Of a stretch of 64,000 bases of DNA, positions 1 through 10,517 are shown in pieces. The notes beneath the pieces are model-generated. The model was given only the letters and a program-made list of their open reading frames with translations. It was not told the origin of the DNA and ran no database searches. Position numbers and translations under genes: made by a program. The DNA is taken from positions 124,001 to 188,000 of the IMG/VR virus record IMGVR_UViG_3300050821_013430. One strand, written 5' to 3'. Every line of letters begins with the position of its first letter. The stretch's first letter is position 1.

Positions 1-237
1 TTCAATATATGGTAATTGTTCTTCACCTGACAATTGTCGAAAATCGTCAGGAGAACCACGAAAGCCTACTCCGCGTAAAGAACTGGGTAAAAATTGCGTC
101 AAACCAACCGCCTTAGATGGTACTTGTGGATTAAGGCCAGACTCCAACTGCATAATAGCCAGTACATCCTCTGGTTTTAGGCCTAAAGAATTGCTCATTT
201 GAGCTAATTTAATGTAGAAGTTGGGGCCTAGGGCCAT
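1..237 (-). CDS. Lytic transglycosylase (SLT-like) domain protein, partial (runs off the window edge)
   Basis: Not in the ORF track. Manual translation from ATG at 237 gives MALGPNFYIKLAQMSNSLGLKPEDVLAIMQLESGLNPQVPSKAVGLTQFLP..., with SLT motifs ES(G) and AxGLxQF. Confidence 0.75.
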   Translation of the reverse strand, partial: MALGPNFYIKLAQMSNSLGLKPEDVLAIMQLESGLNPQVPSKAVGLTQFLPSSLRGVGFRGSPDDFRQLSGEEQLPYIE

Positions 238-238
238 T

Positions 239-1321
239 TTATCCTTTTAATATAACTTTGGCTATCAATTGGGCTATAATCGGCTTTGATGTTTCAGTTT
301 TAGCCGATGGATTAAATGGTGGCTTAAAAGGAGGTTTAACTTCCTTAGATGATTCTGGTTTAGCTGGTGGATTATTTTGAATGTATTCCTTGAGAGACTC
401 TATTTTAGCAGATTCTTCCGGAGAAACTGGAGCAGGAATTGGTTTTGAAATAGGTAATCCTGGATACGGTTTGGTAGGAGTAGAAGATGGTTTACCAGAA
501 GAAGGGGACGACGGTCCTCCGACAGTCGAAGCGGGGGCGCCTGGAAGTACCCCTCCTACACCGAGAGCTTTGGACTTAGCCTCTTCTGCTGCTTTTTGAG
601 ATTCAATATAACTTTTAACATATTTGTTGTAAAAATCATTGAAAGACTTATTATAGGCACGATATTTATTGTTGATGCCTGGCAACAGTCGAACATAATC
701 TTCAATTTTACGACCTACCCGATATTTACCTAATTGTTTAAGTAAATTAAGGAAGGTCGATGATAATGCCTTGCTCTTGTTAAGCATATTGTTAGTTTGA
801 TTTTTTAATTCTCTAGCTGTTTGTGGAAAACGCTTTTCCCATTGTCGCAGCCCTTTGCCACGATCAGTGGTCATTGAATACCACCAATCAGATAGCCCAG
901 CCTCTTTAACACTAGCAGTTTTAGTAGGAGCGCCTTTGAACCATTTAGGCATCTTTTCCATCAGATACTCTTTTTGATTCGGATCTAAATCTCCAAATAA
1001 AAAAGCATGATGATGTTTATGTACTACATCATTGAGGCCTTGGAAGGCTGTCATAATTTCTTCCATCTTCTCGTGAAATTTAGCCAAATAAGAAATAGCA
1101 AACATATACTCGCGACGATTGAAATTAGATTCCGCTATTTTGAGATAATCTTTAAGCTCAAAAGCCTTTTCACGAACTTCGTCATCAACACTAATCAGTT
1201 TGTCGATAATTTCTCGATACTCATCAGACCCTAAAAAATCGGTCTTTAGATCTTTCAATTTCCCAAAAGTTTTTTCTTTGGTACGTTGAAGCCAATTGAG
1301 TCGTTGTGCAATCTTATCCAT
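239..1321 (-). CDS. Hypothetical protein, probably virion-associated; Pro/Ser-rich C-terminus
   Basis: 360-aa ORF directly downstream of the portal; contains KIAQ and KTAS motifs. Confidence 0.6.
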   Translation of the reverse strand: MDKIAQRLNWLQRTKEKTFGKLKDLKTDFLGSDEYREIIDKLISVDDEVREKAFELKDYLKIAESNFNRREYMFAISYLAKFHEKMEEIMTAFQGLNDVVHKHHHAFLFGDLDPNQKEYLMEKMPKWFKGAPTKTASVKEAGLSDWWYSMTTDRGKGLRQWEKRFPQTARELKNQTNNMLNKSKALSSTFLNLLKQLGKYRVGRKIEDYVRLLPGINNKYRAYNKSFNDFYNKYVKSYIESQKAAEEAKSKALGVGGVLPGAPASTVGGPSSPSSGKPSSTPTKPYPGLPISKPIPAPVSPEESAKIESLKEYIQNNPPAKPESSKEVKPPFKPPFNPSAKTETSKPIIAQLIAKVILKG

Positions 1322-1361
1322 ATTTAGCCCTCTATGTGTGAGAATGCCATTTTATCGCCTA

Positions 1362-3242
1362 TTAGGCTGGCGGAGCCGCTGGTGGCGGGCCACCTGCTGG
1401 AGGAGGGGGTGGGGGAGGTCCCCCTGCGCCACCTGCTGGGGGTGGTGAGGGCAGAGGGGGTGGCGATCCACTACCACCTAGGCCTGGGAGACCGCTCATC
1501 GGAGGCATTCCTCCTCCCGCAGCCTCTTCTCCGGCTCCCGTTTCGCCTGGAACTGGTGCTTCCTTGGCATCCTGAGTATCGGGCTCTGGAATTTCATTAT
1601 CCTCACCATCACCCAAAGAACGAAGAGCGTTAAGCGGCATTTTCTCGAGAGAGGCCGCTTCTTTAGTTTCAATAGCGGCCTGAATCATTTCTTTGCGTTT
1701 CTTACGAACTTCATCTTCCCATTCCAAACCCATCGCACGATAGAGAGAGTGAAGGGAGGCTCGTTTTTCTTCACCCTTGCCGCTAGTCAGTGTGACTAAA
1801 TTCTGGATATAATCAGCGGTATCGAAGAGAGACATATGATTCCAATCAATTTCTGGAACAATCAGTCTCTTTTTCTTATCCTTGTATTCGTAAAAACCTT
1901 GTATCTTAGATATGGGGGCGAAGATTTTGTTTCGTAACCAAGAACCTAACATATTTCGGAATTGCATATACCGCTGACGAAGAACATCCAAAGCAACGCC
2001 ACCGTTGGCATAAGTGGTATCAGCTCCGCCATCCATCAATACTTGTGGAACCTGCAAACCAACATAGATTTCTTTCATCAATTGAGTAATATCGCCAGAA
2101 ATATCGTAGATGCCCTGATTCCATCCAACACGCTCAACCGCAACGCCTTCGTGAGTAAAAATCTTGAAATCCTGATCGTACTGAGCCGCTTCAAATACAT
2201 TGCGCCAAGCTTCCAAATCTAAATGAGTTGGCTTATAATCAGCCGATCCTATCTTTACGATAGTCATTGGATTGATCATATTTACGGCTTGTACATACTT
2301 AGCTTCTCTTAATTGATCGAACAACATTAGCTGTCTAAAAATACAAACTGGCAAACCCGTTCCACGAATTTCATATGGGCTAATTTTACGCGCTAAGTGA
2401 TGAATATGGAAATTATCCAATACAATATTTTCTCCGCGTTTTACCGCATCAATAATATATTGATTGAGCTGCTTTTTTTGTTCTAAATCTGCTGGACGAT
2501 TTGAATTAATGATACGTTTCAAATTTTCGTCAGGCCGCATCATAATAATAGGCTCATTGGCTACTACAGTGCGTTTTACAATCATATAGTCTGGATTTTC
2601 AATTAATAACCGACTCCACATACCTTTAGTATTATCTAATTCACCATAAACAAAGGCTTCACCTAAAAGAAAATATTCCTGAGCAATTTGAGTACAAATA
2701 TTGATCAAATCCAAATTTTCAATCATTTCATCAAAGAATTGTTGGATTTCTGCATTTTTACATTTGATATTTAACTTACTAATTGGGTAAGTACTGTGCA
2801 AATTAATCGCATTATGCACGAAAGGGTTTAGCGCATAGAAACTACGACACCAAGCATTGATGGTGACACGATCTCTCGGTAAATTAAGATTGCTGTTCAA
2901 CCATAGTGGTGAATAAACTTGTGGGACTTGTTTGACTGAATCGCCCATCCCACCCCTATAATTAGAGCCCGGACCGACGCCCCCATCTAAAAACTGCCCT
3001 CCGCTTAACACCTGGGCATGCTTAGCTATACGCACCGAAGCCACTACATTAGCGTTAGCAGTCTCACCAGATGCTAAATTGGTGGAACTACCATCCCGAT
3101 AAATTCCGGATGCTACATCATCGGCCAACATATTGCGACGTTCCTCAGAAACTGAGGAAGCCACCAGAGCACTAATCTGAGGCGGTTGCGAGGATTTGGC
3201 TTCCAAATATTTCTCTGAATTTGACTTGACGAACTTATTCAA
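1362..3242 (-). CDS. Phage portal protein
   Basis: 626 aa, directly downstream of the terminase. Portal-like segments (NPFVHNAINLHSTYP, YFLLGEAFVY, HLARKISPYEIRGT, VGLQVPQVLM). Acidic and Pro/Gly-rich C-tail. Confidence 0.8.
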   Translation of the reverse strand: MNKFVKSNSEKYLEAKSSQPPQISALVASSVSEERRNMLADDVASGIYRDGSSTNLASGETANANVVASVRIAKHAQVLSGGQFLDGGVGPGSNYRGGMGDSVKQVPQVYSPLWLNSNLNLPRDRVTINAWCRSFYALNPFVHNAINLHSTYPISKLNIKCKNAEIQQFFDEMIENLDLINICTQIAQEYFLLGEAFVYGELDNTKGMWSRLLIENPDYMIVKRTVVANEPIIMMRPDENLKRIINSNRPADLEQKKQLNQYIIDAVKRGENIVLDNFHIHHLARKISPYEIRGTGLPVCIFRQLMLFDQLREAKYVQAVNMINPMTIVKIGSADYKPTHLDLEAWRNVFEAAQYDQDFKIFTHEGVAVERVGWNQGIYDISGDITQLMKEIYVGLQVPQVLMDGGADTTYANGGVALDVLRQRYMQFRNMLGSWLRNKIFAPISKIQGFYEYKDKKKRLIVPEIDWNHMSLFDTADYIQNLVTLTSGKGEEKRASLHSLYRAMGLEWEDEVRKKRKEMIQAAIETKEAASLEKMPLNALRSLGDGEDNEIPEPDTQDAKEAPVPGETGAGEEAAGGGMPPMSGLPGLGGSGSPPPLPSPPPAGGAGGPPPPPPPAGGPPPAAPPA

Positions 3243-3290
3243 CTAGATTACCTCTTACAAAATGCCGCAAGAGCCCTATATCCAAAGTGA

Positions 3291-5165
3291 TCAAAATTTT
3301 CTGGAAATATAGGCCCCAACTACAAGGGGCTGTTCTTTTTGACCCGGCATAAGATTACCGACCATACCTTTGGTTGTAAAACCTTTAGTAATATGAAATT
3401 TGTAAGCAAGGTATGCATTTAATAGCGCGGCTAACCCATCGTTCGGGCTACTACCTTTTACATAATGAATTTGAGGGTCACCAGATCTAGAAATAGATGG
3501 TTTAATATCCATACTAGAACAATGTTGAACTAACCAAGCAATTTTTTCATAACTACCATAGGGAAATTTTACCTCTCCTCGTTTTAATTTGTCAAATAAT
3601 TCGGCCAGATAAAAATCTTTCTCAAAAATGATTTCTTTTGGAAATGTATCTTTACTGAACTTAACTTTGTCATTAATTTTGTTATGAGCTCTAGAAACTA
3701 GATAACGATCCCCATAAATGTTAGCAAGAATTTCAGAAAAATCATTTGAATATCCAATATCTCCGACCGCCAATCTAACATTGTATCGACGCATAATTTG
3801 ATCGATAGCCGCTTTCTTACTTTCTACATCATTGTACCTAAATTTGGTAGCATATTCGATAGAAAGAATAGTTGGAGTACGTGGTACAATTAAAACTGCA
3901 CTGCTAAATGATTGACCCCTATCTTTATACTTTTCTGGATTTGCAATGGCTTCCAAATCTGATTTGGCACCATAGTCAATTCCTAAAAAAGCAACCATTT
4001 CATCAGCAGGAGTGATTTGATTCCGCATCTTTCTACCGGGCTCACCGCACTGCTCTCGAATTTCCTCAGCAGTAATTGGAGTTGAATCGCCGTGATAAAA
4101 CTCCCCCAATACTTCATTTTTATATGCACGTTCGGTTTGAGTAGGATGAATGCCTGGCTTATTAGCCAAAATCTTTTCTTTAGTTAGATAAGGCATGAAT
4201 AATTGATTAATATGAAAACCAACATATAAACATTCATTAGAGTCTTTAGTGGAAACCCATTTTCCTCTTTCAGCGGACTCTCTCTTATCTTGTTCATGAT
4301 TACAGTGCGTACATTTTACAATGTAATCATAGAGCCAAATTTTTTCCCAGTCATCATTTTCCGGCGTACAAAGAGGAAAATGTTTTTTACAAGATTCACA
4401 TCCTAAATAATAATATTGTTGAGAAGACGCCAACCATCGTTTATGGAATGATGAGCCTTTTCTCTTGGGAGTACCAAAATATACTTGTACCCCTATACCT
4501 TCAGGACCATATTTAGAAGCGGTAAGGATTTTGACAGCATTATTGATGGCTTCATCAGTCATATCTTGCACTTCATCAAAAAAGAAAAAATCAGCAGTAC
4601 GTCCGCGAAGTCTATCAGCATCAATACCGGTTGAATCAATACGAATACTATTGCCATTAGAAAATTGTTTGAAACCTAATGAGTCTCCAGAATCACTATT
4701 TTTATCCAATAAACATTGCATATATGATTCTAAACGTTTAGCCTTTTTATCTGGATTTGTAATAATAGAGCCACTAATCATTGGATTAAGTTTAGTTTTA
4801 GTGTAATCGGCAGCCATTGCCAATTGAGGAAAAGCATGAATAATACGAGCGGGAGGCTTATCGCCGAATCCGAAAAGACCAGAGCCTGTAAAATACATTT
4901 CTAGGACCGCAGCCATAATAGTTCCACCTACCTGACGTCCCTTTACTAGTACTACCGGTTTTGCATCTTTTTCTAAAGCCTTAATGCCAATATAGCGATA
5001 AATATCCGCAAAAGGTTTAAATCCATTAGAATGAAGCCGAAAAGGCGAGCCCTCTAGAGTCAAATATTTTTCTGCAAAACCAACGGGGTCTAATTTGAGA
5101 ACATTTTCCTTGAAAAGAGAAAATAATTCTTCCTTGGGTGTCAAATGAGATGAATGAACCGGCAT
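3291..5165 (-). CDS. Terminase large subunit (GpA-like with Zn ribbon)
   Basis: Walker A-like VKGRQVGGT, Walker B FFFFDEVQD, coupling motif GTP, CxxC...CxxC, RNase H-like GIDYG and C-terminal PNDGL. Confidence 0.9.
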   Translation of the reverse strand: MPVHSSHLTPKEELFSLFKENVLKLDPVGFAEKYLTLEGSPFRLHSNGFKPFADIYRYIGIKALEKDAKPVVLVKGRQVGGTIMAAVLEMYFTGSGLFGFGDKPPARIIHAFPQLAMAADYTKTKLNPMISGSIITNPDKKAKRLESYMQCLLDKNSDSGDSLGFKQFSNGNSIRIDSTGIDADRLRGRTADFFFFDEVQDMTDEAINNAVKILTASKYGPEGIGVQVYFGTPKRKGSSFHKRWLASSQQYYYLGCESCKKHFPLCTPENDDWEKIWLYDYIVKCTHCNHEQDKRESAERGKWVSTKDSNECLYVGFHINQLFMPYLTKEKILANKPGIHPTQTERAYKNEVLGEFYHGDSTPITAEEIREQCGEPGRKMRNQITPADEMVAFLGIDYGAKSDLEAIANPEKYKDRGQSFSSAVLIVPRTPTILSIEYATKFRYNDVESKKAAIDQIMRRYNVRLAVGDIGYSNDFSEILANIYGDRYLVSRAHNKINDKVKFSKDTFPKEIIFEKDFYLAELFDKLKRGEVKFPYGSYEKIAWLVQHCSSMDIKPSISRSGDPQIHYVKGSSPNDGLAALLNAYLAYKFHITKGFTTKGMVGNLMPGQKEQPLVVGAYISRKF

Positions 5166-5171
5166 AAATAA

Positions 5172-5834
5172 TTACTTTACTTTGGATGGCATCAAAATAT
5201 GCCACGCGTCTCGATTAGAAGCATCTATATCCTCTTCATCGAAGTGATGTAGCTTACCTAAAGAATCGGCATTTGATTCGGCATCTGGATATTTACGCTT
5301 AACCTCTATATTTTTGTCATTAAGATATTTGAGAAAATTAGGATCATCCCAGTCTGCATCACTAGCATCCGACCGATGAATGGCTTTTATTCTTTCAATA
5401 ATTGATGGGATGGGCAAATTTCCACGACTATCTTCTATACAATTATTAGCGGTTGATTTAACCTGAGGACATTTTCTAAAAAGAGCGATTGGCTCTGACG
5501 AATCATTGGCTTTTTTGATTTGCTCTGCGCGCGCTTTTACCTGCTTCCAATAAGCACTAATACCGCTTCTTTCTTGCATATCTTCTACCGCAGCCTCAAC
5601 AGTAGGATATTTCGATTTATTCCCCATGATGGAAGAAATCTGATCATAAAGAGAACGTTGTTCTACATCTTTTCGAGACTCTACGCTGCTTTTTTCTAAA
5701 TTTTTAGCAAAATCGCGAAGCCAAGAAGGTTCTGTTGAAGAATCTTCTACCGAATAAGATTCTCGTGTAATGAGTGGTAAGGTGCGATAAGAGTATTTTT
5801 TCATTGGGATTAAACTTGAAAATTTGGCATCCAA
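5172..5834 (-). CDS. Hypothetical protein (morphogenesis block)
   Basis: 220-aa ORF upstream of the terminase; the true start may be the second Met (MKKYSY). Confidence 0.55.
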   Translation of the reverse strand: MDAKFSSLIPMKKYSYRTLPLITRESYSVEDSSTEPSWLRDFAKNLEKSSVESRKDVEQRSLYDQISSIMGNKSKYPTVEAAVEDMQERSGISAYWKQVKARAEQIKKANDSSEPIALFRKCPQVKSTANNCIEDSRGNLPIPSIIERIKAIHRSDASDADWDDPNFLKYLNDKNIEVKRKYPDAESNADSLGKLHHFDEEDIDASNRDAWHILMPSKVK

Positions 5835-6775
5835 TCGTAATTTTCTGGCGATCTCTGATCGACCGTCGCCGTATCAGTTGAAAATCCACGATCTTGACGA
5901 AAATAGTGTCCCATATCTTCGAGGAGTTGAATCAATTCCGCCTGTTCTCTTTTATCTAAATCATATTCCTTTACTTGTCTGGCAAAAAGTTCTTCAATAT
6001 CTTTACCGGCTGATACTGCACCATTGGCACACACTCTTGCGATTCTAGAAATAAGAAGAGGAACTGTAATTACAATGCCATCAATACGAGTAGCTTTTTG
6101 ACCTTCTTTGACTAAGCCAAAGAGTTCTTCAGCTCTTTTCTTTTTCTTATTTTTCTTGCTTACAATTTTTTCATAACGATCGTATAGTCTTCCCTTACCG
6201 TCATCAATCTTAGAACGAATTTCTTCGATTTTGTTGGCATCTAGTTTGCCATCCAAGTCTGCGCACATTGCATCGGAAATACCATCATCAGCTTTCTCGA
6301 AATATTTAATACATCGTTCAATACCACTTTCATCATAACCAGAATGTTTTGGCACTCCGTCTAAAAGTTCTTTGATTCTGGCAACTACCGCATCAGTGCC
6401 GTGCTGAATAAGATGTTTCAGATCAAACTTATCTTTTTCTTTTTCTTTGGGCTTTGATTTTGATAAATTATTGGCGTCAGAAGATTCCATTGTTGAAGAA
6501 TTATCTTCTGAAACTTCTAATTCCTTTTCTCGTTCTGGGTCCAAATGATCAACACCGGGTAAATCTTGTACTACGATTTCTAGATCGTGAGGCTCTTCTA
6601 AAGATACTTCATGAGCATGATCATGCATTTCGGGTTCATGCATCTCTAAAACCAATTCTTTACTAGGCTCCTCAGAATAAAAAACGATTGGTTCTGCTTT
6701 ATTTTCTGGCGCTAAATGCAAAGATGGTGAATCTTCAACCAAAATATCGCTTAGGGCCTGTGCAATTGATTCCAT
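5810..6775 (-). CDS. Hypothetical protein with acidic N-terminal half
   Basis: 321-aa ORF with GAGG SD upstream. Confidence 0.6.
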   Translation of the reverse strand: MESIAQALSDILVEDSPSLHLAPENKAEPIVFYSEEPSKELVLEMHEPEMHDHAHEVSLEEPHDLEIVVQDLPGVDHLDPEREKELEVSEDNSSTMESSDANNLSKSKPKEKEKDKFDLKHLIQHGTDAVVARIKELLDGVPKHSGYDESGIERCIKYFEKADDGISDAMCADLDGKLDANKIEEIRSKIDDGKGRLYDRYEKIVSKKNKKKKRAEELFGLVKEGQKATRIDGIVITVPLLISRIARVCANGAVSAGKDIEELFARQVKEYDLDKREQAELIQLLEDMGHYFRQDRGFSTDTATVDQRSPENYDWMPNFQV

Positions 6776-6800
6776 ATAAAACCTCTGATATTATGTCTTG

Positions 6801-7238
6801 TTATGCAAGGGGTATCTGATCCTTATGTTTTGATTCGGATTTTTCCGATGAATCTTCTTCCGATTCTTCCTGTATTTCTCCGTCATCTGCTGGAAACCAA
6901 TGGGTGTCTGTTACCCCATAATATAGATTACCCGATGGCTTATTTTCCAAATCTTCCTGAGGGTATATTCCATCCGTTATTCCCATAGGGGAAATTTCTG
7001 CTGGATTATATGGCGGATTGAAAAATTCTTCGGTTGGATCAACCAAAAAATTCTTATCCGAAGTTTGCAATAAAATATTCAACATAGATTGACGTCGTTT
7101 TTGTTGTTTTCTTTTCTTTTTACGAAAGTCGGAAACACTTTTATATTTTGTCATATCCTGATACAAACCTTTACCAGGTCCGCTCGGATCATTTACATAA
7201 TCGTAATTCTTAAAAAAGACAAAAGGTTTTTTGGGCAT
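6801..7238 (-). CDS. Hypothetical protein
   Basis: Likely start is MPKKPF at 7238, a TAATG overlap with the upstream stop. Confidence 0.5.
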   Translation of the reverse strand: MPKKPFVFFKNYDYVNDPSGPGKGLYQDMTKYKSVSDFRKKKRKQQKRRQSMLNILLQTSDKNFLVDPTEEFFNPPYNPAEISPMGITDGIYPQEDLENKPSGNLYYGVTDTHWFPADDGEIQEESEEDSSEKSESKHKDQIPLA

Positions 7239-7993
7239 TATACCACCAATCTTTTGCGATAATATGGATATAACGCCTCTGATATGGGCACATATTTCCA
7301 TAATCCCATTTGATCAAGCAGATATGCCGTTCGATCGGCATCAAATTCTATAGCTTTGTCTAATTTTTCCTGTAAGGCGTGTTCAGAAGAAATTTTGATT
7401 GATGCTGGATTTTTCTTTATCCATTCCATCAAAGATGGCTCTAACTCAAAATTGAGTTTTGCAGCTAAATATATAGCTCTAACTACTCTATTCTTATTGG
7501 TGGTTAGGGTAATTTCTGGTGGCAAATTGGTTCTAATTATCTTGTTTTTGATATCTTTGGCGCCCATTCCGGTAGGATCTAATACTCTTTCAAGATCAAA
7601 AGAAAGTAAAAGACTATTACAAGTAAAATCTCTGCTGAAAAATTCTCGTTGTAGATTGGTTGGATTTTTGATGCCTAACTTTTGGAGAATTTCAACAATA
7701 TTTGGAATAGTAAAATTTGATGAAAAATCTAATTTAATATTTCCAAAAAATATAGAAATGTGTCCATCATCCATAATTTTGGTTTTGATATCAAAATGCT
7801 TACTCAAAAGAATAGATACTTCTTTAGCCAAATTATGAACAGTCTTATCACCAGTGGCAATATCCAAATCGCTTAAATTGTTAGCTCGATCTAAAATTAC
7901 ATCTCTAGGAACTCCTCCACACAAAAAAGGTTTGGAAGTTCCCGCCTTTTTCTGTATGAATTCAATAATACGAAGGAGCTCTCGAAGTTTCAA
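7238..7993 (-). CDS. Class II nucleotidyltransferase (CCA-adding enzyme / poly(A) polymerase family)
   Basis: GGxxRD (CGGVPRD), DxD (DLDIAT), RDFTxN (SRDFTCNSL), DPTGMG..DI, RVVRAI. Confidence 0.85.
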   Translation of the reverse strand: MKLRELLRIIEFIQKKAGTSKPFLCGGVPRDVILDRANNLSDLDIATGDKTVHNLAKEVSILLSKHFDIKTKIMDDGHISIFFGNIKLDFSSNFTIPNIVEILQKLGIKNPTNLQREFFSRDFTCNSLLLSFDLERVLDPTGMGAKDIKNKIIRTNLPPEITLTTNKNRVVRAIYLAAKLNFELEPSLMEWIKKNPASIKISSEHALQEKLDKAIEFDADRTAYLLDQMGLWKYVPISEALYPYYRKRLVV

Positions 7994-8002
7994 TCAGCCC
8001 CC

Positions 8003-9730
8003 TTACCGTACGGGAGCAGGAGGGGGTGCTGGAATGGGTGGAGCTACTGCTGGAGTGGCGGTAGAAAGATCTTCCGCTACTTCTAATTCAGGAGTTGGCT
8101 TTGGTTGCTCAAATGATTGTTCTTGAACATTTTTTCTCATTTGTTTGCGAGCTTTTTCTTTATCCTGACTGTCTTGTAATTGTTGTTGATTTTGCTGCAT
8201 TTCTGATGTTGGCGGAGGCGCTGCCTCATTGGTAAGATCAAGTTCTTTTGTTTTAGAAACTCCACGTAATCTAGAAAGAACTTGTTCAACGCGAATATTT
8301 ACATAATTATTGGATTCTAATGATTTATTAATAGCTTCGCTAAGTTCTGGGAAAAAAGTCGCCAATCCCAATCTATCTAACATCATATCAACAATAGACA
8401 GTTGGCGTGGGACTTCTCTTACCTTGAAAATTTTGGCAACATCCTCAAGCTTAGAAATAGCATCATCAACAGTCAAATTAGCAAAAGCATCATCAATAAC
8501 TTTATCAAAATCCTTGCCAGCTACTACTTCCGGATCTTCCTGAGGTAATTGATCTGGCGTTGGCTCCTGTACTTCTAATTCAGTAGGTTCGGGAGTCGGA
8601 GAAGCGACTTGCGCCTTTGTTAATAATTCTTCAGATACTTCTAAATCATCACTATTAGATTGATCTAGCCCTTCTAGAAACTCTTCCATTCCCTTTGACG
8701 GAACCGGCGTGGCTGGAGGGGCCAAACTGACGCCTGCCGCGTCATTAGGCGCGTCATTGCGGGGTGCTCCGGCATGACCAGGGGCACCAACGGGTCCCGC
8801 GTCTACGGGGCTACCAGGCAGCCCTTCGTTGGTAGTGGGATTATTGGGTTGAGCCGGAGTGAGAGCAATATCCTGAGCAACCTTTTGTAATACCTTAGAA
8901 GACTCAACAAAACCACGATGATTGAGAATATTAGCTTCTCGCACAATCATGTCCTTATACAAACGAGTAGATGTGCTTATTTTATTGACAGTATTGATCT
9001 TATGTTTCAATTGATAAATTACATGCATCAATGTATCAAATTCTTTACCAGCGAAAAATTGACCTTCCGAAGAACGTAAAAGTTTTTCGGCCGAATCTAA
9101 ACGACTAATGATCTTCTGGCGTTGCTGTTCAATTCTTTCTCTTTTTTCCTCTTCCATTACATCCGGATGAGTTGTTGGATTATGAAACTGTTGAATTTGT
9201 TGAGTAGCAGGAAATGAGGGATTCATTGGGTGTTGAGATTGGGGTAAAGGTAAGGCATAGCCCGGCTTGTCTGCTGGCTCCCAATAAGAAACTTGAGCTG
9301 TTTTATATTTCAAATGATCTCCTGATTGATAGTATCGCATCCAATGCTCAAAATCTAACTTTTCCATCTCATCCCAGCCCTTAGTGGCTCGTTCTGTAGC
9401 GTTTTTTCGATCTTCTCCCTTATAGACTTGATATTGAATACTTCGCATGGCTTGAAGCCATTTATTCAGATCGCGTGGTTTTTGATATATACCCATATCT
9501 GAATAATTAGGGTAAGCCGTTTTCTCTTTAGAAATACCGAATAATGCCGTTTCTGGCCTATCGGTTAGAGCCCCGTACTCTGACAAGAATTTAGCATCCT
9601 GCAATAATTTACGGCGAACGGCCGGGGGCAAATCTTTAGGCAATTTTCCCTTATGTCTTCGGAAAAAATCCTCTAGAGAAATTTCCTCAAAAATCTGCTC
9701 AACTTGTGGATATTCTAAACCTTTAGCCAT
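8003..9730 (-). CDS. Hypothetical virion-like protein
   Basis: 575-aa ORF with several KTA/KVAQ motifs and Pro-rich linkers. Confidence 0.6.
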   Translation of the reverse strand: MAKGLEYPQVEQIFEEISLEDFFRRHKGKLPKDLPPAVRRKLLQDAKFLSEYGALTDRPETALFGISKEKTAYPNYSDMGIYQKPRDLNKWLQAMRSIQYQVYKGEDRKNATERATKGWDEMEKLDFEHWMRYYQSGDHLKYKTAQVSYWEPADKPGYALPLPQSQHPMNPSFPATQQIQQFHNPTTHPDVMEEEKRERIEQQRQKIISRLDSAEKLLRSSEGQFFAGKEFDTLMHVIYQLKHKINTVNKISTSTRLYKDMIVREANILNHRGFVESSKVLQKVAQDIALTPAQPNNPTTNEGLPGSPVDAGPVGAPGHAGAPRNDAPNDAAGVSLAPPATPVPSKGMEEFLEGLDQSNSDDLEVSEELLTKAQVASPTPEPTELEVQEPTPDQLPQEDPEVVAGKDFDKVIDDAFANLTVDDAISKLEDVAKIFKVREVPRQLSIVDMMLDRLGLATFFPELSEAINKSLESNNYVNIRVEQVLSRLRGVSKTKELDLTNEAAPPPTSEMQQNQQQLQDSQDKEKARKQMRKNVQEQSFEQPKPTPELEVAEDLSTATPAVAPPIPAPPPAPVR

Positions 9731-10511
9731 TAAGAGGCTCGCTTAATTTTTGAGAGATGGTTTCATTCAACAGTTTGACTTCGGCAGTTTTTTGTTCTTG
9801 TGTCAATTTAGCTTCGGTTGGTAGCCTAAGTTTGGCTATTTTTTCACTGAAAATATCCATAAAATAAAGAGAAGTCTCCAAATCCATTTGAGATAATGTT
9901 TCTCGTATTGCCTCGTAAATGACCGAAACATATTGATCTAAATTATTCTGAATATTAACATTGTGTTGTATGATCTGATCGGGGCCTTCGTGTGTGAATT
10001 TATGCCAACGCTCTAATGAGCTACCTAATACCTCAAACCATTCAATTAATACTCGTTCAGTTCGAGTATCAATTTTACCAGAAGCCTGTATTTCATCATA
10101 AAATTGAGCGGTTTTATTTTCAATCCCTTTAATCATACCAGCTAAAATTCTTTCAACATTAACGGCATTTCTTATTTCTGTATCTGCAATACCCATTACT
10201 AAAGATTTATAGTTAGGGTTATCAGATACTGATAAACGTAACTCTTTATCCAAATCCTGCATTTGGATAGCGGTTTTACTTTTTAAGACATCATCTCTAA
10301 TTTGCTGATAAACGTCTAAATAATTCTCTTGAAATGATTTGATCGTTTTTTCAGAGATTACAAATTTACGTTCAGCAACATCTGAATATTTAGCCGAAAG
10401 CCATTCATTGATTTCTTTGGGGGATAAGCCTATAATACTCTTGCTGATAAGCTCATCCTTATCTGGATGTTCAAGAAAGCGTTTGAGAGAGGTGTTGGAT
10501 ACAGAGGCCAT
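9723..10511 (-). CDS. Hypothetical protein (N-terminal HTH-like region; small terminase is a possibility)
   Basis: 262-aa helical ORF in the morphogenesis block; function is only a guess. Confidence 0.45.
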   Translation of the reverse strand: MASVSNTSLKRFLEHPDKDELISKSIIGLSPKEINEWLSAKYSDVAERKFVISEKTIKSFQENYLDVYQQIRDDVLKSKTAIQMQDLDKELRLSVSDNPNYKSLVMGIADTEIRNAVNVERILAGMIKGIENKTAQFYDEIQASGKIDTRTERVLIEWFEVLGSSLERWHKFTHEGPDQIIQHNVNIQNNLDQYVSVIYEAIRETLSQMDLETSLYFMDIFSEKIAKLRLPTEAKLTQEQKTAEVKLLNETISQKLSEPLNG

Positions 10512-10517
10512 TTTTCA

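Noticed and set aside
1352-1361. 10-nt match (TAGGCGATAA) between the putative TnpB guide and the sequence after the portal stop
   Set aside because: Too short to distinguish from chance, and the guide boundary and TAM are undetermined.
1365-1560. GC-rich repetitive tract
   Set aside because: Explained by the Pro/Gly-rich portal C-terminus, not a DNA repeat element.
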